Below are positions 63,606-64,000 of a DNA stretch of 64,000 nt, piece after piece (the stretch's first letter is position 1; every line of letters starts with the position of its first letter). The translations under genes were made by a program, and so were the position numbers. Origin of the DNA: Heterodontus francisci (Eukaryota); NCBI RefSeq assembly GCF_036365525.1, contig NC_090374.1:102077682-102141681 (forward strand). The letters are read 5' to 3'. The notes below the pieces were generated by a model. It searched no databases, was not told the DNA's origin, and saw nothing but the letters and a program-made list of their open reading frames with translations.

Positions 63606-64000
63606 TAGGAATGGAGTTTCATTTGTTCAGTTGTCTCAGGGCCACCAATGCGAATCAAGTCAGTTCAAGACTGCTAATGGAAGTGCAGTTAGGACTGTCA
63701 ATTTAAGTTGGGCTAATTTGGGGAAATGACTGAATCCTCTACAAAACTTTTATGTCTGCCAATGCTTCTGTCAGTGTTCTTTTCTTCACACGGCTAACTC
63801 AGGTACATCTATGTGTAGTGAATCCACCCTGAGCAAAGCAAAATGTTTGCCCTTTTGCAAGTACTTAGACTAGATCAAGGATTTTATTCTTATTTTATGC
63901 ACTAATTTTCATAAATATATTTTAGTTTGTGGCAAAACATGAGGGAGCAGTAAAATCAGGAGAAACCCTCATTCCATTTTCAACTGATCTTGCTTGCTTG

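Overview
Eukaryotic genomic DNA, most likely from a cartilaginous fish (shark/ray), inferred from HE1-like V-SINE, SacSINE1-like DeuSINEs and HER1-like CR1 LINEs. Most of the window is nested transposable elements. These include about a dozen CR1 pieces (one full-length and apparently intact, 13076-17423), L2, RTE and Penelope remnants, PIF/Harbinger and pogo DNA transposons, Gypsy-type LTRs, an RT- and env-deleted class I-like ERV, and a decayed Copia. No complete host gene is visible; two frame-preserving candidate exons sit in TE-poor islands. Strongest observations: (1) a U_UUA_AAC slippery heptamer directly before the ORF1 stop in three divergent CR1 copies; ORF2 is in the -1 frame where checkable and has no AUG before its endonuclease motifs, suggesting a programmed -1 frameshift giving an esterase-EN-RT fusion. 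(2) A TSD-bounded chimera of a LINE 3' end with an oppositely oriented 28S rRNA fragment. (3) An ORF1-less LINE with a tRNA-derived Pol III-type 5' head. All calls were made by eye, so boundaries of old elements are approximate.
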